DNA of 53,857 nucleotides, taken from assembly GCA_964597275.1 (NCBI GenBank), contig CAZQXS010000007.1:1-53857 (forward strand), given 5' to 3'. The stretch comes from an uncultured Pseudomonadota bacterium (GTDB taxonomy: Bacteria; SAR324; NAC60-12). Shown piece after piece: positions 1-8,423 of the stretch. Both the position numbers and the translations under genes were made by a program. The notes under the pieces are model-generated. The model was not told the DNA's origin. It did no database searches and saw only the letters and a program-made list of their open reading frames with translations. The first letter of the stretch is position 1. Each line of letters starts with the position of its first letter.

Positions 1-1600
1 TGTTTTCCAGAATGAGGTCGGCGGCTTTTTCGGAGAGCATCATCGTGGGCGCGTAAATGTTGCCGTTGGTGATGAAGGGCATCACGGAGGCGTCCACAAC
101 CCGCAGGTTTTCCACGCCGTGGACCTTCATGCTCTCCGGACTGACGACCGCCATTTCGTCCGTTCCCAGCTTGCAGGTGCAGGAGGGATGCAGGGCGGTT
201 TCGGCATCGCGGGCGACCCAGTCGAGGATTTCCTGATCGCTTGCCACGTTGGGTCCGGGCGAGAGTTCCCCGGAACTGAACGGCGCAAAGGCGGGCTGGC
301 TGAGGATGTCGCGGGCGCAGCGGATGGCCTCGATCCACTCGCGGCGGTCCTGCTCGGTGGAGAGGTAGTTGAAGCGCAGCTTGGGCTTGGTCCACGGATC
401 AGTGGAGTGGATCTTCACGGTGCCCCGCGCATCGGAGTACATGGGGCCGATGTGGACCTGATAGCCGTGGTCGGCTTCCGGGGAACTGCCGTCGTAGCGG
501 ATCGCCAGCGGCAGGAAGTGGAACATCAGGTTGGGGTACGCCTCCTGCTCGTTGCTGCGGATGAAGCCTCCGGCCTCGAAGTGGTTGGTTGCCGCCGCGC
601 CCTTGCGCAGGAAGAGCCACTGAAAGCCGATCCACGGCTGGTTCCACCAGTTGAGCGCGGGCTGCATCGAAACGGGCGGCTTGCAGCCGTGCTGAACGTA
701 CACCTCCAGATGATCCTGCAGGTTCTCCCCCACTCCGGGCAGGTGCTGCACCATCGGGATGCCGAGCGGTTCCAGTTCCTCGGCATTGCCGATTCCGGAA
801 AGCTGCAAAAGCTGCGGGGAGTTGATCGCCCCGCCACAGCAGATCACCTCGTTGGCATGAATCCGCTCCGAGCGCCCACTGCGGTCCACACATTCCACGC
901 CCACCGCACGGGTGCCCTCAAAGAGGATTTTCGTGGTCAGCCTCCGGGTCTTGACCGTGAGGTTGCGGCGGTGCTTGACCGGATGCAGGTAGGCACGGGC
1001 GGCGCTCAGTCGGCGGCCCCGGTGAACGTTGCGGTCGAAGGCGTTGAAGCCCTCCTGCCGGAAGCCGTTCACGTCCGTGGTCAAGGGATGTCCCGCCTGC
1101 TGGACCGCCTCGAAAAACGCCTGAAAGAGCGGACTCGTCGCCGGGCCGCGCTCCAGCACCAGCGGTCCCTCGCCGCCCCGGTAGTCGTCGGTCCCGGCGA
1201 TGCAGGTTTCCATGCGCTTGAAGTAGGGCAGGCAGTGGGCGTAGTCCCAGCGGTCCATGCCCGGTTCACGGCCCCAGCGTTCGTAGTCCATGGGGTTGCC
1301 GCGCTGGAAGATCATGCCGTTGATGCTGCTGGAGCCGCCCAGCACCTTGCCGCGTGCGTGGTAGATGCGGCGTCCGTGCATGTGCGGCTCCGGCTCCGAT
1401 TCGTACATCCAGTCGTAGTGCCTGTTTCCGATCGGCACCGAAAGTCCGGCGGGCATGTGGATGAAAATGTCCCAAAGGTAGTCCGGACGGCCCGCCTCCA
1501 ACACCAGCACTTTGCTTGCAGGATCAGCACTCAAGCGGTTCGCCAAGGCACAACCCGCCGAGCCACCGCCGATGATGAGGAAGTCGAAAGTCGTTTTCAT
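1..1600 (-). CDS. GMC-family FAD oxidoreductase (choline-dehydrogenase-like); 3' end cut by the window edge
   Basis: Absent from the ORF track because it runs off the left edge. Hand translation of the minus strand from ATG 1600..1598 gives [41 protein letters not shown] (GxGxxG FAD fold), then [19 protein letters not shown]. Near the edge it reads HPSCTCKLG...[38 protein letters not shown], which are GMC signature regions. The ATG overlaps the upstream stop (ATGA, 1597-1600). The 510-aa plus ORF 119..1651 is its antisense shadow. Confidence 0.85.
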   Translation of the reverse strand, partial: MKTTFDFLIIGGGSAGCALANRLSADPASKVLVLEAGRPDYLWDIFIHMPAGLSVPIGNRHYDWMYESEPEPHMHGRRIYHARGKVLGGSSSINGMIFQRGNPMDYERWGREPGMDRWDYAHCLPYFKRMETCIAGTDDYRGGEGPLVLERGPATSPLFQAFFEAVQQAGHPLTTDVNGFRQEGFNAFDRNVHRGRRLSAARAYLHPVKHRRNLTVKTRRLTTKILFEGTRAVGVECVDRSGRSERIHANEVICCGGAINSPQLLQLSGIGNAEELEPLGIPMVQHLPGVGENLQDHLEVYVQHGCKPPVSMQPALNWWNQPWIGFQWLFLRKGAAATNHFEAGGFIRSNEQEAYPNLMFHFLPLAIRYDGSSPEADHGYQVHIGPMYSDARGTVKIHSTDPWTKPKLRFNYLSTEQDRREWIEAIRCARDILSQPAFAPFSSGELSPGPNVASDQEILDWVARDAETALHPSCTCKLGTDEMAVVSPESMKVHGVENLRVVDASVMPFITNGNIYAPTMMLSEKAADLILEN

Positions 1601-2028
1601 GCTTTGGTCATCAGAAAAATGCTCACCATCGCGAGGCCCACACCAATATAGTTCGCCACGCTCAGCCGCTCCTTGAACAAGAGGAACCCGAACCCAATCA
1701 GCACCAGCGAGACCAGCAGGTAGCTGAAAATCGGCCCGACGCTCAGGCTCCAGCCGCTGCGGTAAAACAGCAGGTAGCCGATTTCCACCCCAACGATCGA
1801 CAGCCCCACGAACGCGCTCGCCCAGTTCAGCCCCTTCAAGCCGGCCCCCAGTCCGCCTTCCACCGGAAAGAAGGGCAACAGCCCCAAGGACAGCACCAGC
1901 GCCACGACGTAGGTGACGATGATCGAAAGCGCCGGATTGACTTCTGCCGGAATGGATTTTTGTCCGATGTGATAGGCCACGTTTGCGCCCACCACCAGCA
2001 CGGCGGACAACCAATAGATGTGATTCAT
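1597..2028 (-). CDS. small polytopic membrane protein, DMT/EamA-like single domain
   Basis: 143-aa ORF with four to five hydrophobic spans ([80 protein letters not shown]). Its stop overlaps the GMC start. It begins 13 nt after the preceding gene. Confidence 0.6.
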   Translation of the reverse strand: MNHIYWLSAVLVVGANVAYHIGQKSIPAEVNPALSIIVTYVVALVLSLGLLPFFPVEGGLGAGLKGLNWASAFVGLSIVGVEIGYLLFYRSGWSLSVGPIFSYLLVSLVLIGFGFLLFKERLSVANYIGVGLAMVSIFLMTKA

Positions 2029-2041
2029 GAAGTCTGGTTCT

Positions 2042-2365
2042 TTAGGCTATGTTTTCTTGCAATAATTCTCTGAGCGCAATTACCGCTTCCTCCGGAAGCC
2101 CGTCGGGGTCCGCCAACCCTTTTTCCAGAAACTCGCGGCGCTCTGCCTCCGAACTTGGAGTTTGGGCGAGGTTGGCCATGCGGGTCAATTCGCGGGCAAC
2201 CCGGGTGCGTTGTTCCAGCAGGTGGTTGAACTGCGCGTCACAGGCCGTGATCGGCGGGGGGTAGCTCGCAATCTCCTCCTGAACCCGGACCCGCTCCTGC
2301 TCCAGTAGATTCCGGAGTTCGGCCCAGGCCGCATCAATCTGTGTCTCTGGATGTTCCTCACGCAT
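2042..2365 (-). CDS. hypothetical protein (107 aa, helical, acidic)
   Basis: ORF with natural-looking composition (MREEHPETQIDAAWAELRNLLEQERVRVQEEI...). Same strand and tight spacing with the downstream genes. No family recognised. Confidence 0.5.
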   Translation of the reverse strand: MREEHPETQIDAAWAELRNLLEQERVRVQEEIASYPPPITACDAQFNHLLEQRTRVARELTRMANLAQTPSSEAERREFLEKGLADPDGLPEEAVIALRELLQENIA

Positions 2366-2491
2366 GCCAAATCCCCCAATGACTTCTAAAACACATCAGC
2401 CTAATCGTTGAGACGTTGCCTGACACAGTGTGGAGACTGCCCGATTGGGCGCTGATCCGCAAGATGGAACTGATCTCCGGGAATGCGGAGG

Positions 2492-4198
2492 TCAGCGTTG
2501 CCGCCAGACTTGGGTGCGGCGGTGCAGGGCGCGGGCGAGTAATGCGTGGAGGATGCGGAAGACGGCGGAGGTGTACACGATCATCATGGCCATGGCAGCG
2601 GCGGGGGCGATGTCTCCGGCATCGTCCATGTTGAGGACGGCAACCGATGCGAGCATGGTTTCCGGAGAGTAGAGGAAGACCACGGCGGAAACGGTGGTCA
2701 TAGCATTGAGGAAGAGGTAACTGCCCACGTCCAACAAGGCCGGGAGGCAGACGGGCAGTGTGACCTTACCCACTGTGCGCCATACCGGAGTTTTTAGCGA
2801 AAGCGAAACCGCTTCGAACTCAGGGTCCAGTTGCTTCAGCGCGGTGAGGCAGGTCAGGTGGCTGACGGTGTAAAAGTGAACGATGGTGCAGATCACCAGG
2901 ATGCCCATTGTGCCGTAGAGAAAGCCGAGGGGGTTGTCCGGGTGGTTGAAGAAGAAGATGTAGGCGATTCCCAAAACCAGTCCGGGCACAGCCAGCGGCA
3001 GCATCGCCGCAAGGTGCAGCACGGTGCGAAGCCACGTCACCCCACGCGCCTTTTCGACCAGGTAACCGCCCACGAAAATCAGGCCTGCGCCGAAAATGGC
3101 GCAGTAAATCGCCATGCGGATGGAATTGAAGTACGCCTCCCAGCCACCACCGTCCATCACGTCGAAGTTGTAGTTCTTGAGCGAGAGCGTGAGGTTGTAG
3201 GGCCAGAAGGTGACGAAGGACGCATAGGCGGCCATCGCGAGCATGGCCAGCAACACCACCGCGACGATGGTGCAGAAAACGAACAGCAGCCCGTCGCGCA
3301 AGGGTTCCGACTTAGGCTGAAAGGGCACCGCCCGTACGGAGAGCAGGGCGACCTGCTTGCGCTGCACCCAGCGGTCGGCGATGAAGGCGATCACCGCAGG
3401 CAGCAGCAAAACGAGCGAAACCACGGCACCCATCTCAAAATTCTGCTGTCCGACCACCTGCTTGTACACATCGGTGGCCAGCACGTTGTAGCGTCCGCCG
3501 ATCACCTTGGGCACCCCGAAGTCCGTGATCACGAGCGTGAAGACGACAAACCCCGCACTGAGGATGCCGTACTTGGCTCCGGGCAGGGTGACGGTCCAGA
3601 ACACGCGCCACTTGGGGGTGCGCAGCGCCTCGGCGGCTTCGTAAAGCCGGGCATCCGCCGTGGAGAGCGCCGTGAGCAGGATCATCAGCGCGTGCGGAAA
3701 TACCCAAAAGCACGAGCCGATGATGATGCCGATGGGTCCGTAAATCGAACCGCCGCCCAACCACGACTTGAGCACGCCCTGATTCCCGAACCAGTAGATC
3801 AGCGAAATCGCCGCCAGCAGCGACGGAGCCAGGATCGGGATGAGCGCGATGCCCCGGAAGAGCCAGCGCAGGGGCATCCGGGTGCGCGTGAGCGCGTAGG
3901 CGTAAACAAAGGCGACCCCCAGCACGATGAGCGTTGCCGAGATGGCCACGCTCAAGCTGTTGGTGATCGACTGGAAAAGCGCGGGGGTCTCGAAGTAAAT
4001 CCGGAAATTCTCCAGCCCGACATACTCGCCGTCCATGTCCTGCAAGCTCATGGAGAGCAGCGAGTAGAGCGGGAACACCACGGCCACCGCCAGCAGCGCG
4101 ATGATGACGACAAGGGCGGTCCTCAGCACCACGTCGTCCCGGCTCAGTTGGATGCGAACCGGAGCAGCGGAAGCAGGAAGGGCGGCGGCGGAACTCAC
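2492..4198 (-). CDS. ABC transporter permease, fused two-domain (FbpB/PotBC/2-aminoethylphosphonate-type)
   Basis: 568 aa and strongly hydrophobic throughout. EAA-loop-like motif YEAAEALRTPKWRVFWTVTLP, with a second permease half. The GTG start overlaps the ATPase stop (GTGA at 4195-4198). Confidence 0.85.
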   Translation of the reverse strand: MSSAAALPASAAPVRIQLSRDDVVLRTALVVIIALLAVAVVFPLYSLLSMSLQDMDGEYVGLENFRIYFETPALFQSITNSLSVAISATLIVLGVAFVYAYALTRTRMPLRWLFRGIALIPILAPSLLAAISLIYWFGNQGVLKSWLGGGSIYGPIGIIIGSCFWVFPHALMILLTALSTADARLYEAAEALRTPKWRVFWTVTLPGAKYGILSAGFVVFTLVITDFGVPKVIGGRYNVLATDVYKQVVGQQNFEMGAVVSLVLLLPAVIAFIADRWVQRKQVALLSVRAVPFQPKSEPLRDGLLFVFCTIVAVVLLAMLAMAAYASFVTFWPYNLTLSLKNYNFDVMDGGGWEAYFNSIRMAIYCAIFGAGLIFVGGYLVEKARGVTWLRTVLHLAAMLPLAVPGLVLGIAYIFFFNHPDNPLGFLYGTMGILVICTIVHFYTVSHLTCLTALKQLDPEFEAVSLSLKTPVWRTVGKVTLPVCLPALLDVGSYLFLNAMTTVSAVVFLYSPETMLASVAVLNMDDAGDIAPAAAMAMMIVYTSAVFRILHALLARALHRRTQVWRQR

Positions 4199-5277
4199 GG
4201 AGTGTCCTGAAAGAGGCCGATGGAATCAGGTGGAAGCTCGGTGGTCAGCATGATTCCCGGAGCGACCTTGAGTTCGTGAATGCGCTGGAGCGAGAGATCG
4301 GCGCGGAGCGTTTCAAACCCCTCCGGCCCCTTCAGCTTGAGGCGGCAGAACGAGCCGAGGAATTCGAGGGTCTCCACTTCTGTCGGGATCGAGTTGGGAA
4401 CCTCAGCCGTTTCCGGGTGGCAACGGATGTCTTCCGGTCGCACCGTCACCCGCATATCCCCGCCCTGAAAAAAGCGGGTGGTGTCGCAGGCCAGCGAAAG
4501 ACCGCCCACCCGCACATGTCCAAAGACCACCACTTCGCCCTTCAGGAAGTTCATCACGCCGATGAAATCCGCTACGAAGGGCGAGGCGGGTTTGCTGTAG
4601 ATTTCCTCCGGAGTGCCCACCTGCTCGATGCGCCCGTGGTCCATCACCACAATGCGGTCGGCCATCGAAAGCGCCTCCTCCTGATCGTGCGTGACGAGGA
4701 TGGTGGTGACACCGAGCCGCTGGTGCAGCGCCCGGATTTCCTGACGGAGCGAAGCACGGACGCGGGCATCGAGGGCACTCAGGGGTTCATCAAGCAACAG
4801 CAGCCCCGGCGAAGTCGCCAAGGCGCGGGCGAGCGCGACGCGCTGCTGTTGGCCCCCGGAAAGCTGCGCGGGGTGCTTCGCTGTTTGCTCCGGCAACCCC
4901 ACGAGTTCCAGCAGTTCGGTGACACGTCGGTGGATTTCAGGCTTCGGCACCCGCTGGTTTTCCAAGCCATAGGCGATGTTCTGGAACACCGTCAGGTTGG
5001 GAAAGAGCGCGTAGGACTGGAAGACGATGCCAAAATCGCGCTCCGAAGGCGGCAGCCGGGAGATGTCGTAGCCCGCTTGCGTGATGCGTCCCGAGGTGTG
5101 CGGATCGAGTCCGGCAATGGCACGAAGCAGCGTGGTCTTGCCGCATCCGGAGGGGCCGAGGAAGCAGACGAACTCGCCTCCGTTGATTTCCAGTGAAAGT
5201 TCCCGGACGGCGACGAACTCCCCAAAATGCTTGGAGAGGTTTTCAATGCACAGGTAGGGCTGTTGGGCTTCAGACAT
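4195..5277 (-). CDS. ABC transporter ATP-binding protein (PotA/FbpC-like with C-terminal regulatory domain)
   Basis: Walker A GPSGCGKTT, signature LSGGQQQRVALARAL, Walker B LLLLDEPLSALD, H-loop VTHDQEEA; 360 aa. Confidence 0.95.
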   Translation of the reverse strand: MSEAQQPYLCIENLSKHFGEFVAVRELSLEINGGEFVCFLGPSGCGKTTLLRAIAGLDPHTSGRITQAGYDISRLPPSERDFGIVFQSYALFPNLTVFQNIAYGLENQRVPKPEIHRRVTELLELVGLPEQTAKHPAQLSGGQQQRVALARALATSPGLLLLDEPLSALDARVRASLRQEIRALHQRLGVTTILVTHDQEEALSMADRIVVMDHGRIEQVGTPEEIYSKPASPFVADFIGVMNFLKGEVVVFGHVRVGGLSLACDTTRFFQGGDMRVTVRPEDIRCHPETAEVPNSIPTEVETLEFLGSFCRLKLKGPEGFETLRADLSLQRIHELKVAPGIMLTTELPPDSIGLFQDTP

Positions 5278-5283
5278 GGACAG

Positions 5284-5320
5284 AACAAGAAAACCGAGCC
5301 GGACGCGAAATCCGGCTCGG
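5284..5320 (-). terminator. intra-operon hairpin plus T-tract (attenuator/partial terminator) between binding-protein and ATPase genes
   Basis: Perfect 10-bp GC-rich stem CCGAGCCGGA (5294-5303) / TCCGGCTCGG (5311-5320) with a 7-nt loop. On the transcribed minus strand it is followed by TTTTCTTGTT. It lies in the 57-nt gap after the binding-protein stop. Confidence 0.65.
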
Positions 5321-5334
5321 CAAGGTGGGTGGGA

Positions 5335-6366
5335 TTACTTAGCTTCGGACTTCGCGTCGTAGCGGTTCTGCCACTCCGAGAGAATGCTCCGGCGGTTGAT
5401 GGCAGCAAACTCGAAGTCGTTGTCAATCATCGCGTCCAGAATGCCCTCTGGGAAGTGCTTGACTGGCTTGGCGACTCCGGGGTAGGCGACCACGGCGTAG
5501 CCCTGGTTGTAAAGCTCGTTGGCCTTTTTCGTGATGGACCAGTCCACCAGCGTTTGGGCGGCACTCAGCTTCTTGGTGCCCTTGACGATGGCGGTGGCCT
5601 CCATGTCCCAGCCCACGCCTTCACGCGGCAGCACGATGTCCAGCGGTGCGCCGGCGGCCTTGGACTTGGCTCCCCGGAAGGCGAAGGAGATGCCGATGGG
5701 CGTCTCGCCCCGCGCCGCCTGCTTGCAGGGCTTGGAGCCGGAGTGGGTGTACCACGCGATGTTCTCGTGGAGGTTGTCCATGAACTGCCAGCCGCCAAGT
5801 TGGCCGTAAAGCTGGAGCCATGAGGACACGTCAAGGAAGCCCGTTCCCGAAGAGTTCGGGTTCGGCATCACGAGGTGGCCCTTGTACACCGGATCGGTGA
5901 GGTCCATCCACGAGGTCGGCGTGGGCAGGTTGTGACGCTGGGCCTCCACCGTGTTCACACAGACGGCGGCAATCCACGCATCCATGCCCGTCCAACTGGG
6001 CGGATTCGCGGCATCCCGGAACTTGGGATCGAGCTTGCCGACTCCCTTGGGGGAGTACGGCTGCAACATGCCCTCGGACTTGAGCAGCATCAGGCTGGTC
6101 GCCGCCAAGCCCCAGATCACGTCCGCCCTGGGGTTGTTCTTCTCGGCCAGCAGCTTGGCCGTGACGATTCCGGTGGAGTCGCGGACCCAGCGGATCTTGA
6201 TGTCCGGATGGTCCTCGTTGAACGCGGCGGCGTAACGCTTGAGGTCTTCCGCCTCAACCGCCGTGTACACCATCAGGGTTTCGGCACTGGCCGGAAGCGC
6301 GAGCAGCAAGCCCACGGTGAGGCCGAGCAGGGCACGACCCAGTTTGAAAGAAAAACTCATTTGCAT
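5335..6366 (-). CDS. periplasmic substrate-binding protein, PotD/FbpA superfamily (resembles putative 2-aminoethylphosphonate-binding PhnS2-type)
   Basis: 343 aa with signal peptide MQMSFSFKLGRALLGLTVGLLLALPASA. Core reads LMVYTAVEAEDL...DVIWGLAATSL...NSSGTGFL. AGGAGG lies 8 nt upstream of the ATG. The substrate call comes from remembered family resemblance only. Confidence 0.8.
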   Translation of the reverse strand: MQMSFSFKLGRALLGLTVGLLLALPASAETLMVYTAVEAEDLKRYAAAFNEDHPDIKIRWVRDSTGIVTAKLLAEKNNPRADVIWGLAATSLMLLKSEGMLQPYSPKGVGKLDPKFRDAANPPSWTGMDAWIAAVCVNTVEAQRHNLPTPTSWMDLTDPVYKGHLVMPNPNSSGTGFLDVSSWLQLYGQLGGWQFMDNLHENIAWYTHSGSKPCKQAARGETPIGISFAFRGAKSKAAGAPLDIVLPREGVGWDMEATAIVKGTKKLSAAQTLVDWSITKKANELYNQGYAVVAYPGVAKPVKHFPEGILDAMIDNDFEFAAINRRSILSEWQNRYDAKSEAK

Positions 6367-6825
6367 AAAGCCTCCTAAAAAGGGATACGGAAAATGGAAA
6401 GGATAAGGACACTCCGGCGAACCTTCAACCGAAAAATGCCGAGAGCGGCCAGATTTTAAAGAAACGGTGCTGAGATCAGGTCATGAATCCTCCTGAATGG
6501 GTTCATCAAAAGCCGCACCTCACGGAAAGGTACTTCGAGCGGGCACCCGAACTCGCGGGCGAATCACAAACGCGCCCCACTTCAACAGGTTCTCTTGGGA
6601 AACACCAATCGAAATTCCGGATTCCACGAATTGGTTTGAGCAATGTCAGAACTCCCCCTTTTCCGGGACAACCTGCTTTCCAGAAAAACAATTTGGCTTT
6701 CCCTGTTGCATTCCTTGACCAAGCGCATTACACTTGGATTATGCAGTGTTGGTGTTGACGGGAGTGCTGGACAGCAGCGACGACAATGCCACGTTTTCAA
6801 GAAACCCACTTGCAAGGAGCAGGTT

Positions 6826-8253
6826 ATGGCCCCGGCTCCCCACATTTTCGTTTTCCGACTTGTCCTCACCCTGCTGGCAGGGGCGACCCTGCTGTCGGCC
6901 TGCGACAGTTCCAAGTCCGAGGAGGAGGAAAGCACCATCACCAAGCTGGCCAACACCCAGCTTGAGGTCAGCGTCGTCAGTGCCGTCAGCGGCAAGACCA
7001 CCAGCCTGCCGCTCAGCGACAACTTCACGATCACCTTCACCAAGGCCGTGCAAAGCCTGTCCATGACCACGAGTTCGGGAGGCTCGTGCAGCGGCTCGGT
7101 GCAACTCTCCGGGGACAATTTCAGCAACTGCGAATCCGCGATCCTCACGGCCAACGGCACCCGCACCGCCTACACCCTCACCCCGCAAGTTCCGCTCAAG
7201 ACCAAGACCAGCTACAAGGTTCGGGTCACCACCAGCGTCAAGGATGACTTTGAGAAGGCGCTTTCTGCAAGCTACACCTCTGCCGCCTTCGTCACCCAGT
7301 CCTTGTGTGGCAACGGCGCATGCAGTTGGAGTGTGGTTTCCGCGAGCAACTGGAACAGTCGCTCCTACCACGGCAGCACGTCGTGGCAAAGCTCCCTGTG
7401 GGTGCTGGGCGGACGCGACGACACCCATGTGCAAGCCTCCACGAGCGGCAGTGCCTGGACCCAAAAAACCCAAGGAGTGGTCAGTCCGTTCAAGCGCTCT
7501 GGGCTGGGAGTGGCCGTCTTCAGCAGCAAAGCATGGGTTTTGGGCGGGCAGAATGCGTCCGGGCAGTTGGTGAGCGATGCTTGGTCGTCCAGCAACGGCA
7601 CCACCTGGAACTCGAAAACCATGACCTGCACCGACTCCGCCAGCGGCTCCACCTGCTGGGCAGCCCGCTACCGTCATGCGGTCGTGACCTTTGGAGGCAA
7701 GCTTTGGATTTTCGGCGGGGAAAGCGTTGCCAGCGCCAGCGTGAGTTACCTCAACGATGTCTGGTCCTCCAGTGACGGCACCACCTGGACCCAGCAAAGC
7801 CCGACCTGCACCGATTGCGGAAGCAACAACAACTGCTGGTCCGGTCGCTCCGGGCATGCCGTGACGGTCTTCAACAACGCCCTCTGGCTCACCGGGGGCA
7901 CCACCAGCAGTGGCGCGTCCCGAGAGGTTTGGACCTCCAGCAACGGCACCACCTGGACCTGCAAGACCCTCAGCCCTGCATGGTCCGCCCGCTCCGGACA
8001 CGCGTCCATTGAGTACGAAGGGGCGCTCTGGGTGTTGGGGGGTCAAAACGGCAGCAGCATCAACTCGCTGGAAGCGTGGCAAAGCACCGACGGCGCAAGC
8101 TGGACCAGTGGCGTTTACGGACGCACCGACGGCGTGATCGTCAACAACGCCAGCGAATCCGGCCTCACTGCCGAAACCTTCAAATGCAGTTCCTCGTCCA
8201 CCAACAACTGCATCTTCCTGCTCGGCTCCAAGGTTTGGAGGTACGGCCCCTGA
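6826..8253 (+). CDS. Kelch/beta-propeller repeat lipoprotein with N-terminal Ig-like region
   Basis: The track ORF starts at 6643, but ATG 6826 has AAGGAG at 6814-6819 and opens a lipoprotein signal MAPAPHIFVFRLVLTLLAGATLLSAC. There are five or six blades with LWVLGG / WSSSNGTTW-type motifs (SLWVLGGRDD, KAWVLGGQN, KLWIFGGE, ALWLTGGT, ALWVLGGQN). Confidence 0.75.
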   Translation: MAPAPHIFVFRLVLTLLAGATLLSACDSSKSEEEESTITKLANTQLEVSVVSAVSGKTTSLPLSDNFTITFTKAVQSLSMTTSSGGSCSGSVQLSGDNFSNCESAILTANGTRTAYTLTPQVPLKTKTSYKVRVTTSVKDDFEKALSASYTSAAFVTQSLCGNGACSWSVVSASNWNSRSYHGSTSWQSSLWVLGGRDDTHVQASTSGSAWTQKTQGVVSPFKRSGLGVAVFSSKAWVLGGQNASGQLVSDAWSSSNGTTWNSKTMTCTDSASGSTCWAARYRHAVVTFGGKLWIFGGESVASASVSYLNDVWSSSDGTTWTQQSPTCTDCGSNNNCWSGRSGHAVTVFNNALWLTGGTTSSGASREVWTSSNGTTWTCKTLSPAWSARSGHASIEYEGALWVLGGQNGSSINSLEAWQSTDGASWTSGVYGRTDGVIVNNASESGLTAETFKCSSSSTNNCIFLLGSKVWRYGP

Positions 8254-8275
8254 CCCCCCGCAGCCGCACACATCT

Positions 8276-8322
8276 GTGAATCTTACAAATCCGCGATTTG
8301 ATTTTGGATTTGTAAGATTCAC
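8276..8322. repeat. perfect 17-bp inverted repeat (hairpin) between convergent genes; possible bidirectional terminator
   Basis: GTGAATCTTACAAATCC (8276-8292), 13-nt loop, GGATTTGTAAGATTCAC (8306-8322). AT-rich in a GC-rich genome and not followed by a clean T-tract. It carries the ATCTGTGAATCT motif also seen beside the GxxExxY cassette. Confidence 0.6.
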
Positions 8323-8423
8323 GCAACAACCGGAGTTGATTCACGGCGGTGACGATGACTGGGTGCGCGATGGCATCCGCCTGCGTCCGTGGCACCGCTT
8401 GTGACAAGGCGATGTGCTTGCGC

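Noticed and set aside
119-1651. 510-aa plus-strand ORF, the longest call in the first 1.6 kb of the track
   Set aside because: Its composition is Arg/Ala/Gly/His-rich with no recognisable motif. The opposite strand encodes a textbook GMC oxidoreductase in a frame that is open to the window edge. This is an antisense shadow typical of high-GC DNA.
2831-4210. 459-aa plus ORF over the ABC permease gene
   Set aside because: Its translation is low-complexity (runs of R, H, D, G, E). The minus strand gives a hydrophobic permease with an EAA-type loop.
6693-6709. Sigma-54-like TGGC...TTGCA element (TGGCTTTCCCTGTTGCA) upstream of the Kelch lipoprotein gene
   Set aside because: The GG-to-GC spacing is one nucleotide longer than the strict -24/-12 spacing, and no enhancer-binding protein gene is nearby.
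6739-8322. 527-aa minus ORF opposite the Kelch lipoprotein gene
   Set aside because: It is Gly/Ala/Arg-rich with no motifs. The plus strand shows a lipobox, an RBS and regular Kelch blades.
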